NCBI GenBank assembly: GCA_951406725.2
Contig: OX597814.1
Coordinates: 10,912,001 to 10,976,000 of the forward strand
Direction of reading: 5' to 3'
Length of the DNA: 64,000 bases
Source of the DNA: Octopus vulgaris
Taxonomy: Eukaryota
Below the pieces are notes generated by a model. The model had not been told where the DNA came from. It ran no database searches and saw only the letters and a list, made by a program, of their open reading frames with translations. Shown here piece after piece: positions 52,169-64,000 of this stretch. Positions within the stretch are counted from its first letter, which is position 1; every line of letters begins with the position of its first letter. Both the position numbers and the translations under genes were made by a program.

Positions 52169-52386
52169 CAGCAGCAGCCGGAGTAGTAGTTACTGTTGTT
52201 GTAGTTATGGTTGTTGTTATTGTTGCTTATATTACTCATCGCCAGCCCTTCATTTCAACCTGTTCCGTTACCCTTAGCAACAGGTGTCGTTCGTCAGCCC
52301 TATGTTCTTATATCAAACATATACTGAAATACACTGATATATATATATGTGTGTGTGTGTGTGTGTATGTGTGTGTGTGTGTGTGT

Positions 52387-52423
<37 letters not shown>

Positions 52424-53177
52424 TGTGTCTATGTCTGTGTTCACCAGCACTTACACATACTCAAACATAAACATATACACACATATATTTACACTATAGA
52501 ATATGAACTAACGAGGGGACTTCTACATAATCACTCAACTTGCTAAAAATAGCTCCCAAAATTTGATTATATCGCTGCTGAACCGTCTTAAAAGAGTACG
52601 GAAGGCTTACTTGGGCACACGATTAAATAAAAACAGCACCTAAATCTGCCTCATATCACAAACCAGCACTACTTTACGTAGTCACTCGACCTACTAAAAG
52701 TAGCACCCAAACCGCCCTCATCAACATACAAGAGATTTCCAATACTATGGTAGGGTATGAGTTTCGGGAGATTTGCCTGGCATTTCTAGCAGTACCGTCA
52801 TCATCATCACCATTATTAATGTTTTTGTTGTAGCTGCTGCTGCTGTTGTTTTGTTATAATTATTCGTGTTAGTGTTATCCACGCAATAGTAAGAACAAAA
52901 AGAACTGGTTCACAGACCTTTCAGTAATAGGAGATATATATATCAGCATGCTAGCACATATATCGATTATTTTGGTGGGTGAAAAGCAGGTCGTTGTCAT
53001 TTATGTAGACAGCGGAGCTCGATTGAAAATTATTTTATTGGCTCCAGAAGAATTAAAATCACAAGCTGAGTCTAACTTTCTCTTTATCCGATTTTCATTT
53101 GAAGATCGGCAGCAAGAAACTTGGAGTAACTACTTATGAGTCTGCTGCTCCTCTTGTTCCTATGTAAGTGTATACAA

Positions 53178-53229
<52 letters not shown>

Positions 53230-55139
53230 ACAACTACGTACACACACGTCATTAAGCAGAAAGCAGGTATGGTATTCACTGCTTGGTAGAACATACACGT
53301 GTTTCAATAAAATGCCGTAATAATAACATAATGTGGTGGGGACATTTTACAATCTTGCACCTTATCTCAGCAGTGTCCTGCAATGCATACCCTATATAAT
53401 AAATACTTTATATATATGAATATATACACCATGAGTTTCTTAGTTGCCTCATTAACTCTAAAGGCAACGTAAAATGCATGCAAAATCACAAAGCATATAT
53501 TCAAATAAGAAAAAAGTGCAAGTTCCAATACGTATTGAGGACTCTCTTCAACATTGACTTTCGTACTCTTTCAGTAACGTTTATGATATATATACACACA
53601 TTCATACAACCATCCATATATATACATACACACTCACGCATAGAGACAGCGACACACTGCTGTAAAGACTTACTTATAAACACATAGCAACATAAACAAA
53701 TAAATAAATATATATTGCCTTTTCTCTGGAATTTGTTTTACGAACATTTATCAATATTTTCATTAAAAGTTATATCAGCAGTAAGCAGTAAACATTCGCG
53801 AAGTATCTATCATTCGCCACGCGACACACAATGTCTCTTATCTTCACTGTCTATCTAAAGAACTTTCTAGAATAGTTTTATTTTCTTTAGGTGTTTATCT
53901 TAGACAAAATGAAATAGTTTCCGCCTTTAAATTGTCTTTCGTCCGAAATTAACAACGTAACCCATCAACATTTATAGTTATTCCACTGTATTGACAGATA
54001 TATATTCCTATTTGCAATACGCGTTCGTGATGTGTAAGGTATGTGTGTGCGTGTATATATATGTATATGTATGTATATACACACACATACATATATATAT
54101 CCAACCATGCATTTATATATATATTATATAACTATATATGCTATATATGCATATGTACATTGATATATATATATATATATATGCATCTATATGTATATAT
54201 ATATATACATGCAGAGAGAGAGATACTACATGTATGTGTGTGTTATGTATGTGTTGCGTACGCGCGCGCGCGCGCGTGTGTGTGCTGTTTAGTATATATA
54301 TTCTAAACAAATTCTGGTAATAATGTTGTATAATTTCACCGACAAAAGAACAAACTATACATTTATCAAAATGTACGATACATACATCCACCCATCCATC
54401 CATCCATACATACATACATACATACATACATCCATCCATCCATCCATACATACATACATACATACATACATACATACATACATACATACATACATACATA
54501 CATACATACATAAACGCATCATGTGCTATGCATATGCTTGTGAGCATGTAAAGGAACCTGCTGGCAAAGTCGTTAAATCGTGAGATGACATGTAGTAATC
54601 GCTCCTGCTCTCTATGCTCTGAGTTCAAATCCCGATGCTATTATGCTTGCTTTTTACCTTTTCGTTGATTATTCCCTTTCTCTTAATGTTTCGCTCTTTA
54701 TATTAGCTAGTTTCTTTTTCTGCTTTGTTATCAAGACCGGAAAAGAAGGACTCTGACATGTCTAAAACTACCAAAAATATGTCATGTTCTGTAACCAGCA
54801 AAATCCTTGAGACTATACCAACGAATTTACAGCGTCAAGGCTTGAGACATGTCTTCTGCCAAGACCATTGTTAAAAAACATCACCTTCGCAAATAAATGG
54901 TTAATATCCACGGTGACATGTTAAGAAATCTGTGATATGCCATTAATAGTCAACTAGTCAAATACAGACATACGGATATAAACATCAAGTGGTTGGATGA
55001 ACTGTTAGAAATAACAAGATAGCTAAACCAAAATCAAATACAGAAAAGAACAGACGTTGAAGGGAAGTTCACAGTTAATATTGTTAGGTGGTGGCTCAAA
55101 GAAGGCAAGAATTTATGAAGCAAAAGTTTTTCAGTGAGA

Positions 55140-55174
55140 GTATAACGTTTCGGAAATAATCCTTCGTCGGATAC
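55140..55174 (-). ncRNA. Minimal type-I hammerhead ribozyme-like motif (second family)
   Basis: Minus strand GTAT-CCGACGA-A-GGA(TTATT)TCC-GAAAC-GTT-ATAC; stems I and II pair; U4C change in core. Confidence 0.5.
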
Positions 55175-55644
55175 ATGTATACGCGTGTGTGTGTGTGCGC
55201 GCGTATTTAATCATAGGGGTGGTGCGAGGCTAGTCTTGATGGTAATGATTATGATGATGACGATGCTGCTGCTGCTGATGATGATGATGATGATAATGAC
55301 GATGATGATGATGACGGCGGTGACGATGAGGTTGATCATGATGATGGCCATGATCATGATGATGGTGATGATGCTATATGCATTTCGCGCTTCGGTAGGT
55401 TTGGTTTTTATTTTCGGCTGTCAGTACTGGTAGAAAATTGCGGGGTTGTAAATCAATTGAACAACAGCAACAACAACAGCAACAACAACAACAGCAACAA
55501 CAGCAACAACGACAACAAAATAACGACATTGGAGATAAGAACAACTACAATGACGACAGCTACAACAACAGCAACAACTTCAAAAACAAAGATGTCATTC
55601 AGACACACACACACACACACACACCAGCAGCAACATTAACGAAA

Positions 55645-55646
55645 AC

Positions 55647-55706
<60 letters not shown>

Positions 55707-55745
55707 AACAACAATAATAATAATAATAATAATAATAGCAATATA

Positions 55746-55779
<34 letters not shown>

Positions 55780-55820
55780 TTAATAATAATAATAATAACA
55801 ATAATAATAATAGCAATATA

Positions 55821-55864
<44 letters not shown>

Positions 55865-55872
55865 TAATAATA

Positions 55873-55914
<42 letters not shown>

Positions 55915-55922
55915 GCAATATA

Positions 55923-55965
<43 letters not shown>
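55645..55965. repeat. (AAT)n array with recurring AGCAATATAAAT interruption
   Basis: Interruptions at 55737, 55812, 55914. Confidence 0.9.
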
Positions 55966-55967
<2 letters not shown>

Positions 55968-57051
55968 GAATATAATCTTGCTTATAAAAGAGAGCAAAAA
56001 ATACATCGAACATTGCATTGTGGTTATCTATCTATTTTTGTATTTATTTATTTATTTGTACATTTATTTGTTTGTTTTGTTTATTTATTTATTTATGATT
56101 TACTGGCTGTGTTACAGCCAACACATCTGTTGTAGTTAATATGGATTGATCACTTAATGATAGTGTTGTGTTGTTATGCATTGTGTAGAATGCGGCGAGA
56201 AAGAGAAAGAGAAAGAGAGGAAGAGCGGGAGAAAGAGAAAGGTAGCGAGAGAGGGAGAAAGAAAGTGAGTAAGAGGAGGAAGGGGAAAAGTGAATGGAGA
56301 GGGTGGTGGTCGTGGTGGGGAAGAGGAGGAGGGAGAGGAAGAGGAGAGGGATGAAACGGGAGTGTTGTCGGGGGTGGGAATGTGTTGGAAATGACGTGAT
56401 AGATGATGACAACGACGCTACTGATGATTGTTGATATTATTGCAGTTGTTGTGGTTATTGTTGCTGTTCATGATGATGATAACGACGACGACTACGACGA
56501 TGATGATGGTGATGATGAGGATAATAAATGATGACGATGATGATAATGACGATTTTAGTGATGATGTAGGAACAGATTTACTTGTGGGGAAAGAATATGT
56601 ATTGCTACAGGTGACTATCAAATTTTGGTAGATATTCACTCTTGAAAACGTCTATATAAAGGTGTGTATGTATATATAAACGCACACATTTACATACATA
56701 TATCAATACATACATACACACACAGACATATGTATGTACGTACATACTTATTATTTGACCTGCACTTCTTGAGCCTCAGAATATTTCCTTAAGGGTGTTT
56801 CAACTGGAGATGACAACTATATGAGTACCTCGCTAAAGTATCACCTCCTCCTGTCTCCAATAGTATTAAAATGAATAATATTGACTCTGGGTAGCAAAAT
56901 CCGGTTTATTTTGGATTGCTTAAAAGTATGTTGTTCTAGGTGAATGTCTCTCAGTTATTCGTGAAGACACCATGCTTCCACGGCAATAGCGAGTACATCT
57001 GTAACTACACTTTTTCTGTTATATTACTAAGGATTGGTTGTTATGTTTAAC

Positions 57052-57150
57052 CAATGGTTCCCAACCGGGGTGCACATGACCCTTGGAATCCACATGAGAT
57101 TTAATTGTTAAAATGTATGTGCAATAAGCTGGTTATATTTCTACAATGCA
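57052..57150. mobile_element. Possible hAT/Charlie-type MITE end
   Basis: CAATGGTTCCCAACCGGGG resembles Charlie-type TIR CAGTGGTTCCCAA; partner TIR not found. Confidence 0.35.
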
Positions 57151-57174
57151 CAAAATAACCGTGTTGATTCGCTA

Positions 57175-57365
57175 GCCTCTGCACGCATTTCTTTTCTCTC
57201 CTTGTTTCTCTCCGTGTTTCTTTTCTGTGTATCTTTCTGTTGAAGAGCGTAGGCTCGAAACATAAAAGGCTTGTTTTATTTATATTCCTGAGCGCCATAC
57301 TAATACAATTGTTTGTTTGTATTCCACCTGCCTTCGTCTTTTGTTTATTTTCATAAAGCTTCCCG

Positions 57366-57368
<3 letters not shown>
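57175..57368 (+). mobile_element. Second copy of the hammerhead-bearing short element
   Basis: Collinear with 10140-10301 (..ttcctgagcg..tactaataca.ttgtttgt..cttcgtcttttgttt..) and also ends in (TA)n. Confidence 0.6.
57233..57270 (+). ncRNA. Minimal hammerhead-like motif, probably decayed
   Basis: TCTTT-CTGTTGA-A-GAGC(GTAG)GCTC-GAAAC-ATA-AAAGG. Confidence 0.45.
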
Positions 57369-57423
<55 letters not shown>

Positions 57424-58651
57424 CCTAATAATATTTAATCATAGAAACGTAATATGAGTTTTTAGACATGCATACGAGCCCCCACTTCCCCCACTCAAGT
57501 AAAATTATATCAAAGGTGTCTTTAAAATATGGATGAGAACTACTGTGTTAAACCCATGATGAAGTACTTGTTTCTTCCATTTCTACTTAAGAATTGCTGC
57601 TCTGTAGTTTTTGTTAGTTATACTTACAGTCAGGTCATACACTGCAGAGCAAGCTATGCGCACACGGTATCACACTTCTATCAAATGTTCTTGAGTCAAA
57701 GAGGTGGCTTTTGTACTGTTAGCTGTAATGGCCTAATTTCCTTCAAATCGTTCACCACAATCTTTAAAAAGTGATTTTATGCAAAGCAGTTATAGACATA
57801 TAAAAATTGGTTGGAAATACTTTGACCATACATCTACAGTTATCGGGGTAGGCTTAGAAGCTAATCAGTCACCAACAACTGAATCCAGTGTATAATGCCA
57901 CCCTCTTGGCTCATATGATAACCTAAGGACTAATTATTTTCAGATTCTTCCCTGAATTAACCCTCTCCATATTGTTAGCCCATTGATTGTTAACATGACA
58001 AGCAGCACTCATTGGTGCAGGTGGTGATTCCACATCGTACTGCGGTATGATAATCGAGCATGTTTATCAAGTTATATTCAAGTTCACTATTTAGTCTTTT
58101 GAACCACGAAATTGTCCTAACCAATGTACAGTCTTTTGTTATTTTCTTAATAAAAAACAAGACAAACCTATGTGATGCATAAATGTTTTTGGCATGTAAA
58201 TGCGTGAAAAGAGATCATCTCTGATTGAGCATAACTTTAATCAAGAGCTTTTCAAACGTGTCCGTTCCATTAGATTTGTCCAGCACGTTGTCCGTCCAGG
58301 GCGTAATTTTTAAGACGGTATCATATGTTTTTAAGGAGATTCTCTTATATTTATACACTATTGAGTAACCTCATTGAAGCTCCTCCATTAGCCCTATGAA
58401 TTTGTGCTTTAAGACACTACCGAACAAAGAACAGGACATTATTGCAAGGCATATTAATAGGTGTGAGCGGGGTCGCAGAATTAAGAAGTTTCCTTTGGAA
58501 TGATGTAGCTCTGTAATTCATTACACTATTCCATACTTTTAGCTAACGTCTGGAAATAAATTACATTGGATAAACATGGATTCTGCAGAAGACTGTCGAA
58601 CGGAACTGTACATAAAGAATGATTAGGGTCTGTCTGACATATATGTTTGTA

Positions 58652-58713
<62 letters not shown>

Positions 58714-58846
58714 ATTAATCAGCCGAAATTACTACGATGATCCGGTTCTTGACTGAAGACTGAGGGTTTCGAATGTCCTGTCCGTGTTTATTGTGTCGTC
58801 TTCTAAGAGTTATACGTTCTTGTCCATGTTGTATTTTTCTACATAC

Positions 58847-58932
<86 letters not shown>

Positions 58933-59576
58933 ATATATGTATATATATGTATGTATGTATGTATGCATAGTAAGAGAAAGAAAGAGACAGATAATATATA
59001 TATACATATACATATATCATTATTATGATTATTAATATCATTATTACACCACCCACACACACGCACATACACACACATGTATTTAAGTATTATATTAACG
59101 AATACTGTACGTACTTTATTCACCCACCGGCGTTACTGTACAGCCAGTGAATGTGTATTTCAATGTAGATGCATACACACACACAAACATAAACATTTAA
59201 TTGCACATAGATAAGAGTTACACTATACACTCAAACATTTGCTTTCCTTCTTTGTGCTTAAATAAAATTTCTGTTAAATATTTAAGCATCTTTACATATA
59301 CATACATAAACATATTTAAATATATATGCATACATATAAGTATACATATATACACAAACATACACACAGCCATAAATACGTACGTGAATGCGAGTACATA
59401 CATACATTGACATAATTAAGCTATCATATCCATTCATAATTTCAGAATTATATTATATATCCATTTATAAAAACGAAACAAAATATGGATTTTTATAAAA
59501 ACTATGTGTGTGTGTGCTTGTGTACGCATATGTTTGCGTGTATTTATGCCTGCATATGTGTACACACATATATATA

Positions 59577-59682
<106 letters not shown>

Positions 59683-59890
59683 GTGTGTGTATATATATAT
59701 GTGCATGTACATATACACACATATAGCAAAAATCTCCTTAATACAGGCAAAACAAAAACAAGTACAACAACAGTAATATAATATCATAGCATATTTATGA
59801 TTTGTTTTTGAAAAAGATACGGTAATTCTAAAATTAGATGAAAAATAAATAACAAAATAAATGCATATACACACGCATACACACACAAAA

Positions 59891-59929
<39 letters not shown>

Positions 59930-60068
59930 TTTACGCATACATATGCATGTGTGTTTGCACATAGGTAAGTATCTACTTGTTTATTATAAACTCTATATGT
60001 ACATGTGCTCGTGCCTGTGTTTGTGAACTGAGTGACAGTGACCAAGTACCGGAAAAAATATATATACA

Positions 60069-60114
<46 letters not shown>

Positions 60115-60752
60115 TATGTATATATATATATAGTATATAAATCAATCTAGATTTCTCTCTAATTCATTTCCATATTAAATCTATCCTGTTTCATGGTCAC
60201 CACCATCACCACCACAATCACCACCAACCTACCTCGCCGACCAACCACCCAACCCTACACTCTGTAATGTTATTAATCAAACCTCTAAAAAGAAAATGGT
60301 TTCCATAACCGTCGTCGACGCTTTACGCATGCTGTTGTTATTTACACGTCGCCATTTACAAAATGGGCGAAAACCTAAATTGGTCGTTTTCGTCATTTTC
60401 AATAGAAGGAGGTAAAAAAAAAATTAAATACCAGAATAATGGAAAAAAATACCACACCATCGAGTATAACAGCAATAAAATGATGATGAAAACAATAATG
60501 GAAAAGAAGTAACAAAAATATTGGCTATTGATTGACTCATTAAAAGAAGGAGACACAGAGAAAAGGGGAATGTATGGACGGGTGGGTTGTTGAACAGGAC
60601 TTTTGTTCATGCTGTAGGCGTCGGTGGGGCGTCGGTGGGGCGTCGGCCGCGTCTGTGGTGGTGGTGGTGGCGGTTGGGATTATTGATGCCTCATGTCCTT
60701 TTGAATAGGTGTAGGTAAGGAATTTTGGTACGATGACAGAAAAATATGTAGG

Positions 60753-60815
<63 letters not shown>

Positions 60816-60952
60816 TAATAATAATAATATTAATAATGATAGAAATAAGCAGAAAAATATCGTGGCATTAATAACATCGACATCAGCAACAACAACAATA
60901 AAAATATTAATAATAGTAATAATAATAATAATTATTATCACCATCATCATCA

Positions 60953-61037
<85 letters not shown>

Positions 61038-61042
61038 CATAA

Positions 61043-61215
61043 TCCTTTCTACTAAAGGCACAAGGCCTGGAATTTGGGGGAAAGGGACAAGTTTATGACA
61101 TAGACCCCAGTATTTCACTCGTGCTTAATTTATCAACCTCGAAAGCATGAGAAGCAAAAGTCAACCTCTACAAAATGTGTACTCCAGTGTACTAACGATT
61201 CTGCCAGCTCGCCGA
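61043..61215 (-). mobile_element. SINE family B copy between (ATT)n and (AAT)n
   Basis: Head ggcgagctggcagaatcgttag at ~61212; aggcacaaggcc 3' region. Confidence 0.75.
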
Positions 61216-61216
61216 C

Positions 61217-61263
<47 letters not shown>

Positions 61264-61680
61264 GATTCTGATGTAGGCACAAGGCCAGCAATATTTAGGA
61301 TGTGAATATTATCGATCCTAATACTCTACTGATATCCCATTTCATCGCCCTTGAAAGACTGGGAGCGAAAGCCGACCTTGATGGGATATGAATTGAAGAC
61401 AGATAGTGGTAATAAAATAAAAAGGCATGCATTTTTACCGAGACTCTAACGAGTGCGCTACCTTAGTTCTAAAGAACTTTTTATTTGCCTTAAGGGCAGC
61501 AGAAAAGAAAAACATTGAAACACTTTGCTGGGGTAATTTTGAGAAGCATATACACAGGCATTGTCTTAAAAGTACGTGATTTGGAGTTCTACCACATAGA
61601 GATATATTACTATTATAAGTGTGTGGTTAACAAAAATTTTCAATGGAGAATTTCTGAAGAAAGCCAATGCTAAAGATTGC

Positions 61681-61938
61681 CAAAGCCCGTCGTATATATG
61701 TATATATATGTGTGTGTGTATGCATGTATGTTTGTGTGTCTGTGTTTGTTCCCCCTAGCATTGCTTGACAACCGATGCTGTTGTGTTTATGTCCCCGTCA
61801 CTTAGCGGTTCGGCACAAGAGACCGATTGAATAAGTACTGGGCTTACAAGGAATAAGTCCCGGGGTCGAGGTTCCCGATTAAAGGTGGTGCTCCAGCATG
61901 GCCACAGTCAAATGACTGAAACAAGTATAAAGAGAGAG
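61681..61938 (+). mobile_element. SINE family A, 5'-truncated
   Basis: ccccctagcattgcttgacaaccgatgctg...ggtgctccagcatggcc..aaatgactgaaacaag. Confidence 0.85.
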
Positions 61939-61941
61939 TTT

Positions 61942-61988
<47 letters not shown>

Positions 61989-62047
61989 TATATATACATA
62001 TATGTATATACATACACATATATACATATATATAAACATACATATAT

Positions 62048-62080
<33 letters not shown>

Positions 62081-62372
62081 TATATACATATACACGCATA
62101 TGTATATATACATACATACGTATATATACATACACATAAAGATAGTTATGTATGTATGTATGTATGTATGTATGTATGTATGTATACGCCCATATCTTCA
62201 GCTTCGTCTCTCAGATAGATAACGGTGTGTGGAAGGATGTCAAAGAATGGAAGAATATTGCAATTGTGTATCTGCGTGCCAGTGAGGGAGGGAAGAGAGA
62301 GACAGAGAGACAGAGAGAGAGAGAGAGAGCAGTAGGTGATGGGAGAAGTATGATTACATATGTATATATATG

Positions 62373-62404
<32 letters not shown>

Positions 62405-63115
62405 CATACACATAGAGGGAGAGAGATTTGAGTTTATACAAGTTCATATTTGTTTTAAAACATTTTGTTTAAAAATAATTTCATTTTTATTATGGTACAC
62501 ATACGTACATATATGCTTGTGTGACTACTCACGCGCGTGCCCGTGTTTGTGTGTGTGTGTGTGTGTGTGTGTTTGTATGTGTAAGGGTGTGTGTGTGTGC
62601 ATAGACTGCGCATCAGTTTCATAATCAATAATTTTGATAAATATATCTCCTAGATTTGCCACATGGGCTGTGATATTCTGAAACATAATAATATTTTTAA
62701 AAAAATATAAAGTAAAAAAAAAAAACCAAAAAAACATTTAAACACCGCAAGGGTTTTGTGTGTACGTACGTGGGTGTCTACGGTTTAGTCTATGCGTATG
62801 TGTATGTGTGTGTGTGTGTGTGTGCGCGTTTCTGGTTACGAGTTTTCGTCTCTATGTTTCTGTATGGATGAATGGATATGTGGATTTCCGTCTTTTCTGC
62901 AATATTTATGATATATGATGTATAACGTTTGATGGGTTTTGTGTGTTGAATAGCATGTAATACGGTATATCGTTGTATTTAAATTACTCATTTTCTATGT
63001 AAAATCTTTTAGTGTCAGTATGGATGGATGAATGGATGGTTGTGGTAAGATAGCGTGGTGTATGAAGAGAGATAGCTGCAGAGAAACGGGAAATGACACA
63101 CGCAGATAGATAGAC

Positions 63116-63158
<43 letters not shown>

Positions 63159-64000
63159 AAGAAAGAAAAGTAGACAGACAGACAGGCAGACAGGCAGACA
63201 TACAGACGGATGAGTGGATGAATGGATGGATAGACAGACAGACAGATAGATAGATAAATAGATAGATAGATACATACATAGATAGATAGATAGATAGATA
63301 GATAGAAAAGTAGACAGACAGACAGGCAGGCAGGCAGGCAGACAGACGGATTGGTGGATGAATCGATGGATGGATGGATGGATGGATGGATAGACAGACA
63401 GATAGACAGACAGACAGGCAGTGAGATACATACATACATACATACATACATACATACATACATACATACATAGATGTGGACATAAATCTTTTATGTAAAT
63501 AATTATATATACCTATAAACACTTATACAAAGACACCAGGAAATGCACACACTCACGAAGATATGCTAAGTCACACTCACGCACATTCATATTAGCATAC
63601 GCACATATATGTATGTGTTTCTTTTATATGGTTCATACTTTTACCTAGTATACATGTGTGTGTGTGTGTATGTGTATGTGTATTTGAGAGTATGTCTATG
63701 TGTTTGTACGTATAGAGTATGTCTATATGCTTACGCGTGTGCATATATGTATGTATGTATATTATATGATTATTGTTTTATTTAGAGTGAAAGCTATTTC
63801 GATTCTCGAATTATGATCCCTCTATATTTTACTATATATAAGGAATAGTTAGAAACGGAACATATGAATGTGTGTTATGTTTGTGTATTTGTGTGTGTTT
63901 GTTTGTGTTTGTGTGTGTGTGTGTGTTCTATCTAGATAAATATACATCTCTCTATCTATTTATCTCTCTCTCTCTCCCCTTCTCTGTCTCTTTACATATA

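Noticed and set aside
58712-58838. CTGAAGA...TCGAATGTC in a short repeat-like segment between (TA)n tracts
   Set aside because: No stem I or proper stem II, and GAAT instead of GAAA; not called a ribozyme.

Overview
AT-rich, microsatellite-saturated eukaryotic DNA, most likely from an octopus (coleoid cephalopod). This is inferred from repeated tRNA-derived SINE families resembling octopus OK/OR-type SINEs and from the (TA)n/(ATAC)n/(ATAG)n/(AAT)n load. The only supportable host gene is a T-box factor of the Tbx20/H15/midline subfamily on the minus strand. It has six coding exons (23452-23689, 21576-21849, 20733-20900, 19453-19529, 16874-16995, 14946-15346), all with GT-AG sites and consistent phases, encoding about 426 aa. 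The expected first coding exon was not found. The rest is decayed mobile DNA: CR1-like and L1/Tx1-like LINEs, two LINE fragments with a restriction-like endonuclease (RLE), a Tigger/pogo remnant, many SINEs, a foldback MITE and a HINE-like element. Nearly all listed six-frame ORFs are translated microsatellites. The most interesting signal is three minimal type-I hammerhead-ribozyme-like motifs (10173-10208 +, 57233-57270 +, 55140-55174 -) in short non-coding elements, plus a tRNA-headed SINE that ends in a hammerhead half-core. All calls were made by eye; no searches were run.
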